Below, in pieces: positions 19,169 through 24,604 of a DNA stretch of 24,604 nucleotides. The notes under the pieces are model-generated. The model worked only from the letters and a program-made list of their open reading frames with translations. It did no database searches and had not been told where the DNA came from. Where the stretch lies: assembly GCA_002269645.1 (NCBI GenBank), contig NIVC01005153.1, positions 1-24,604 of the forward strand, given 5' to 3'. The stretch comes from Macrostomum lignano (Eukaryota). The stretch's first letter is position 1, and each line of letters begins with the position of its first letter. The translations under genes were made by a program, and so were the position numbers.

Positions 19169-20685
19169 TAGATACACTTTTTGTAATTACGCTCAGACTG
19201 TTTCCATGTGAAGGATCCCGTCATTCTGTGTTACGGGTTCCAGAAAAGCTCTAAGAGAAACATCTCACGGCTGAGTACGAGTTAAAAATACTCGTCGTTT
19301 TAGCTAAGGACTCTGCATGGGTGAATCAATTATTTACATTAAAACCCTAGAGAGGGGAAGGAGAGGGGCGCGTGAAGTCAGAGTTTGCTACTAAATTAGA
19401 GCCAGTCTGCAGGCATGCCCTACCTGCGACGAAGCCGAGAAAACAGAAGCAGAACAAACTGCTGACACGGTTGGAGCTTAAGCCAGGCTACAATTAGTAA
19501 ACCTACGTAGTATCTAGACCTGTACAGAATTAATTAGACACGATAGGCAAAGCTGAAACCAAGTCAACAATTTCCATAGTAAGATGCGAATGTCAGCTTG
19601 CACAATCGGTATGCACAGCTCTAAAGCTATTTCGTGTAAATTGGGCCGACTCAATGACAGACATCATCTTGGAGGAGTCAGGATTTTTACAATGCTTCAC
19701 GGTTAAACAGAACCTTGAAAAGCTGAAAAGCATGCCGGATAAGCTCTTTTTCCGTGGGCGCATAAAAAATTGACAGTGCTGGATATTTTTTCCCAAAAAA
19801 TCCGAGCCGGCTGCCCATAGCAACACACAACATTGAGGCAGTCGCATTGAAAGAGACACTGGCTCTCCTACTGCATGCATATTGAAGTCGCTGCAGACAC
19901 AATGCAAAGAATGGGATGAAATTTTGAACAGTTGCAAACCGCTGCCACCCCCCTACGTTCTGCCAGAGGCTTTGCGGATGCTGCCTACCGGTCGATATCC
20001 GGCTCCGTACAGCTCACTTTACCGTCTTGTTTCATTATTTCTAGCAAATGCATTCAAACACCAGAGTCCTAGGCTCTACTCTCTGGGCTTGGTCTGACGA
20101 ACAGCGCTGCGGGACAGAGAGGCAGCTGGCTTCTCTTCCCCTGCAAAGCTGTTCTTCCCATTGCGGCCACCTCTCTCCTCAGCGCCTCCATTTGTCTCCT
20201 CGCAAAGTCTCTCCGCTGCAGTTGCATTCTGCAGCCGCCCTCAGCTTGTAACACTGCACATGGTTACTAAAAGCGCTGTACAGCAGATGGAGCCGGAACT
20301 ACAGAATAAAAATGGGGGGGGTGGTGCAAGGCATCCTTCCCGCATCTTTTCCTACCCAAAGCGGGTGTTTACCCGTCCATCGCCATGACAACCAAGCAAA
20401 CTAAACCCCGCATAGCTAGAAGCGGGCGGGATGAGAGCTTGGCAAAAAATTCATGGAGTTCTTGCCTGTTTTTCATTTCTGCCTTGTAGCCGCTCTCTGC
20501 TTGATAGATACATGAATCTACGATGGTCATGGGGTCTTTTGAGTTTCACACCGTACAGGAAAACAATGTATCAGATAAGGAGAATAACTTGAAAATGACT
20601 ACTGAGAATGCCAAGAACCCCGAACTGGGTGTTAAAGTGAAGGTTATAAATTTATCTTCCATGCCAAAAAGTACAATGTGCGCAG

Positions 20686-21046
20686 AGGGCCTGTCAACTT
20701 ATGCTCATAGTGGAGCCCGAGTAACCTTTGTACACAAATGATAGGTCATTCAGTGACTGTGACAGTGACACTAGGAAATTGGATTTGCAAAAGTGACCAA
20801 AATTGGACTTGGGATATGAGAGAACAAGCAAGGGGATAATTAGGGACTACTACGCTCGTATGTAAACTTCAGCTTGTAAGTTGGAGTCCCTAATTATCCC
20901 CTTGCTTGTTCTCTCCTATCCCAGGTCAAATTTTTGTATTTTTTTGATGAATCCAGCTTCCTGGTGTCACTGTGAGCAGAATGACATATCATTTGTGTAC
21001 ATAGGTTACTCGGGCTTCACTTTATGAGCATAAGTTGACAGGCCCT
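20686..21046. mobile_element. 361-bp hairpin (foldback/MITE-like) element with about 163-bp inverted arms and a 36-bp spacer
   Basis: Outer ends AGGGCCTGTCAACTTATGCTCATA / TATGAGCATAAGTTGACAGGCCCT. The inner 31-bp arms at 20818-20848 and 20885-20915 are perfect reverse complements. No TSD is visible. Confidence 0.8.
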
Positions 21047-21134
21047 TTCTCTTAAAAAAACGTGGAACAAAAAATTTGTTGTTGTCAAGCCTGCTGCAAC
21101 CGATCTTGAATGATGACATTGGTCCCATGACCCG

Positions 21135-21380
21135 GATGCCGAGGGTATTTAAAGCCCTGATAGACGGCTATTAATTGTCTCCCCATCGGGCAGCGTCAGA
21201 GGCGGGGCAGTCTCGGTGCCCACAGGAAGCATCTCGGTCTTCTTGGCGCTGATCTGCAGACCTACGTGGGCTTCCTTTTTGAAGAGACGCTTTGTTGCTC
21301 TCTGTGCCGACTCTTTTTTGCAGACAAGGGCATGTCGTCAGCGTAGGCCAGGCAGGGAAGTCGGACCTCAGGATGCCGCG
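21135..21380 (-). mobile_element. Degenerate reverse-transcriptase fragment of an RTE-like non-LTR retrotransposon
   Basis: LPCLAYADDM (YADD at 21334-21345), then across a frameshift AQRATKRLFKKEAHVGLQISAKKTEML...GETI, then a frameshifted FKY-LG at about 21135-21153. Confidence 0.8.
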
Positions 21381-22405
21381 AGCTGCGGCATACGCATACA
21401 TAAGCGTATAATAACGACTACCCAAAAACAGTTTTCAGGAGTATTGTCAATTGTAATTTAATTGTAAATTGTAATTTAAGACTTGGAATGAGAAAATTAT
21501 TTCTTCGAGCGTATTTTCAAATTTAAATCATTTTTGACCGAGCAGTAGCTGATATGTTCCAACCGTCATCAGCTGACTAATTGGTATTTCTTAATGTTTT
21601 TGCAAGCAAAAAGTACTATCCACTATGATGCTGACAAGCCAAGTTGATTATGAGCAACATGCATGTATGTGTGTCCAAAGCTGCAAGAAACAACTCGAAT
21701 CACCGCGCCGGACTTTACACTTTTAATTATCAATATTGACATGAAGTACCATAAAAGTACCAAAAAAGGTTTATTTACTCAGTACGGTTTTTATTTTTTT
21801 TAAAATGACGATCAACAAGTCTCTACACATTACACTGCCAATAATTAATTATTAACCGAATATCAGTATCAGCTCGTCAGAGTGTTAGATCTACAAAAGA
21901 TCGTAGAATTTCAAGTATTTACGAACGTAAAAATGCCTTTTTTCAAGAAATTTACTCAGCAAATGACAAATTTATTGGCACAAAATTTACGGTATAATTA
22001 GTTATACAAGCTTTACAAGTTTCAAAGCTGAAAAAGCAAAATGAAATGCTACAAATAAGCGAGCAGATATGTTCAGGTGTTCAGATATGAAAAGAATCAA
22101 AGATGGGTAAAACATCTCAGAAAATAATTTATAGATTAAGGACTGTCACTTCTGAACATAAATTCGAAAAATAACATCATTCAATTACCGCAGAAAAATC
22201 GAACAGACTTTTAAGGAGCAAGCTTACCTTATAATCTTACCCGAAATCGATGTGTACAACTCGCAATATTGAAATTTGTCCAAAATCATGAAAAACCCCT
22301 AACTTACTTCAATTTTACGGCCGAGTAGTCGACATCATCTTCAGCAATGTACACTTTGACAGTCTGAAATGGAAGCAAAATTTTATAGAGAAAGAAATAA
22401 CTTAC

Positions 22406-24403
22406 AGGTAGTAGTTGCAGTTGAAGCGCCGGCTGTAGTGGTGGTGGTTCCGCCAGCAGCAGTAGTAGTAGTTTCGGTTGTTGAGGTAGTGCCTCCAGCA
22501 GCAGCAGCAGTAGTTTCGGTTGTTGAGGTAGTGCCTCCAGCAGCAGCAGGAGTAGTTTCGGTTGTTGAGGTAGTGCCTCCAGCAGCAGCAGCAGTAGTTT
22601 CGGTTGTTGAGGTAGTGCCTCCAGCAGCAGCAGCAGTAGTTTCGGTTGTTGTGGTTGTGCCTCCAGCAGCAGCACTAGTAGTTGCGGTTGTTGTGGTAGT
22701 AGCTCCGGCAGCAGCAGTAGTATTTTCGGTTGTTGAGGCAGTGGCTTCAGTAGTAGTAGTAGTGGTTTCAGTAGTTTCAGTAGTTGTGGCAGTTGTCGAA
22801 GTAGATGTAGTTGTGGTAGATTCTGTTGTCGATGTTGTCGTGACGGGCGTTGTCGAGCTGGTTAAATCTACTGTTACTGTGGTCGCATTCGACGTAACCG
22901 TGGTTGTATCCTCGGTGGTTTCCGTTGGTGTTTCAGTCGTGGTCTCAACTACAAGCGTCGTTGTCGGCACTGGAGTCGGAGTCGTAGCCATCGAACAGTT
23001 GATGTAAGACCCGATGCAGAGATCCAGAGTGTCGTTCACGTAGCTGTACTGAACAGGCACCCACTGGCCGCTGTCGTTGCAGTAGAGGATTTGGAAGACG
23101 CTCACGTCGAGCGAGCAGTTAATCAAGATCTGGCTGGCAGGCGGGAATTTGCTTGAGTTGTAGTAGGCGATCCATGCGTCTGAGAGGTTGCTCTTTAACC
23201 CCGTAGCCATCGACATTGGTGGGAAGAGGCTTTCTGGCGATGGACAAGTCTCATAGTTGCAACTGAGACTCGGACCTTCCCATTGAAGACTCGCGTCGGC
23301 TTTGGTCATTGGACACCACATCGTGCTCGTTTCTCCAATGCTTGTCCACAGGCGATCGCTGACTCGCGGCTCGATGCAGCGAAGTGTCAAGGTAGAGTTC
23401 GGAGGAAAAGCTGAGCTGCTCGAAGTGTACCCAGGCCAGCTTGTGCTCAGAGACGTGATCTCGAGAGCCGATTCAGACAACCAAGTGTGGTTTCGCGGAC
23501 AAGCCAGAAATTCAGTGGACCGACACACAGCGTCAATGGTCTCGTCGAGTAGAGTGATGTTGCTGTTGTCCCAAATTTGGGTTACATTTGTGCCCATAAA
23601 CACATTGGAAATGGCGTAGCCATAGGTGTAGTCTCCGGTGAGAATGCACTTAATGTTTAGGCTGGGGTGGAGGTTGAACACTGCACTAGCGTTTGTTGTA
23701 CAATTTACCGTCAGCATTTCGTTCTGGTCTAGGAAAAGCTTTCCGATGCGATCGTCAATCGACTTCAGGTACTTGAAGTCGCTCGTGTTGCACCTGATTG
23801 GCTCACATTTGAGCAGCTTAGTGTCGGATGTCGTCTTGTCGCACACCTGAATAGTGGTGCTGTTGGAAAAGCTTGCAACCGAGTAAGTCCAGCTCGACTG
23901 AAGACACGTGACTTCGTTAGAGATGGCGTTGCCCTTTTCAAAGTTGTCATCGACTTTGACCAGCCTTGCTCCAGGCTTGCAGGATAGAGTCATCTTTGTG
24001 CCGTTCTCGATGTACGGCTTATCGTTGCCGAGAGAAGAACCATCCGCAGCAGAAGCGTTCAGGTAAACAATGTTGTTCGGATATGAGTAATCCACTACTT
24101 GTCTCGTGTCACAGAAGTTGCTCACGCACAGGTTCGAGTTCATTATTGGAGACCAATCAGGTCCGTGACCGCTCATAGAGCACTGCGACTGCACCATAGT
24201 AGTCTCGTTTCCCACGTATGTAGTGTTGTAGTTGATGCAAGAAAAGAATACGGCCGACTGTGTGGCGAACTCCGTGCCCAAATCCATCGGGCAGCTTCCG
24301 TTCAGAACATCGACGCTGAATGAAGAATCAGTCTGGTTGTTACTCACTGTTCCACTGATGTAGCCGTAATCGTATCTCGGAACTCCGCTGCACTTTGTAG
24401 AGT
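22406..24403 (-). CDS. Large exon of an extracellular glycoprotein: about five Cys-rich sushi/CCP-like modules plus a Thr-rich mucin stalk
   Basis: Repeated C-P...LxLxC...xxC...W....C modules (e.g. MTLSCKPG...VTCLQSSW, LTLRCIEP...WEGPSLSC, ILINC...YCNDSGQW) with many NxS/T sequons, followed by a T/E/A/G-rich stalk. The exon ends at ACC T|GTAAGT. Confidence 0.75.
22470..22660 (-). repeat. 42-bp coding tandem repeat (GGTTSTTETTAAAA, about 4-5 copies) in the mucin stalk
   Basis: GTTGTTGAGGTAGTGCCTCCAGCAGCAGCAGCAGTAGTTTCG is repeated on the plus strand. Confidence 0.9.
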
Positions 24404-24481
24404 CTGCAAAGTAATTCAGAAAACAGTGTAAATTTACTGATACAATCACTTTCGCACAAAGCATGGTCATCAGGTACTTAC
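24404..24481 (-). other. 78-bp in-frame, stop-free intron hidden inside the 738-aa ORF
   Basis: GTAAGT donor at 24481 and TTTGCAG acceptor ending at 24404, both phase 1. The skipped peptide KYLMTMLCAKVIVSVNLHCFLNYFA does not fit the domain pattern. Confidence 0.8.
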
Positions 24482-24604
24482 TGAACTGACAGACTACTGA
24501 TTCATTCATGTTGCAGCTATCGATAACCAGAGATAGAGTAGCGACATTGTTCGTCGAGTCCACTTGAATATATGCGCATTGCTCTTGGTTATAGCGCACG
24601 TTCG
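24482..24604 (-). CDS. Partial exon encoding the probable C-terminal end of a C-type-lectin-like domain (gene begins beyond the window end)
   Basis: EQCAYIQ...IDSCNMNESVVCQF resembles the CTLD C-terminal Cys pattern. The exon ends at TTC A|GTAAGT. Confidence 0.55.

Noticed and set aside
22304-23007. Val-rich plus-strand ORF (22369-23007) and Leu-rich minus-strand ORF (22304-22675)
   Set aside because: These are antisense and alternative-frame shadows of the Thr-rich mucin repeat.
1-24604. Prokaryotic or phage defence-island interpretation of the sacsin-like ATPase
   Set aside because: Phase-compatible spliceosomal introns, low gene density, and mariner, LINE and satellite content indicate an animal genome.

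Overview
This is eukaryotic (metazoan invertebrate-type) genomic DNA, shown by phase-compatible GT-AG introns, a mariner element, non-LTR retrotransposon relics and several satellites; the species cannot be fixed from the sequence alone. Three protein-coding loci lie on the minus strand. (1) A sacsin-like gene (ATG at 8450, two introns, two HSP90-like SRR ATPase repeats) runs off the window start, and its last 2.8 kb carries at least five frame disruptions. (2) A single-exon LRR type-I membrane protein without a TIR domain (12835-14475). (3) The 3' part of a gene encoding a C-type-lectin-like end, Cys-rich sushi/CCP-like modules and a Thr-rich mucin stalk (22.3-24.6 kb). Between them are a degenerate LINE 3' end (RNase H plus Zn knuckle), an RTE-like RT fragment, an internally deleted mariner, a 361-bp hairpin element, a (GACT)79 run and three structured satellites. 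Two of the satellites are bracketed by an inverted pair of about 95-bp palindromes. No rRNA, tRNA or CRISPR array was found, and I cannot support a clearly new biological system. The best leads are the sacsin frameshifts (both +1 shifts stop at TAT-TGA-G, although assembly error is more likely), the palindrome-bracketed satellite block with matching 542/543-bp periods, and a probable multi-exon 5' leader upstream of the sacsin gene.
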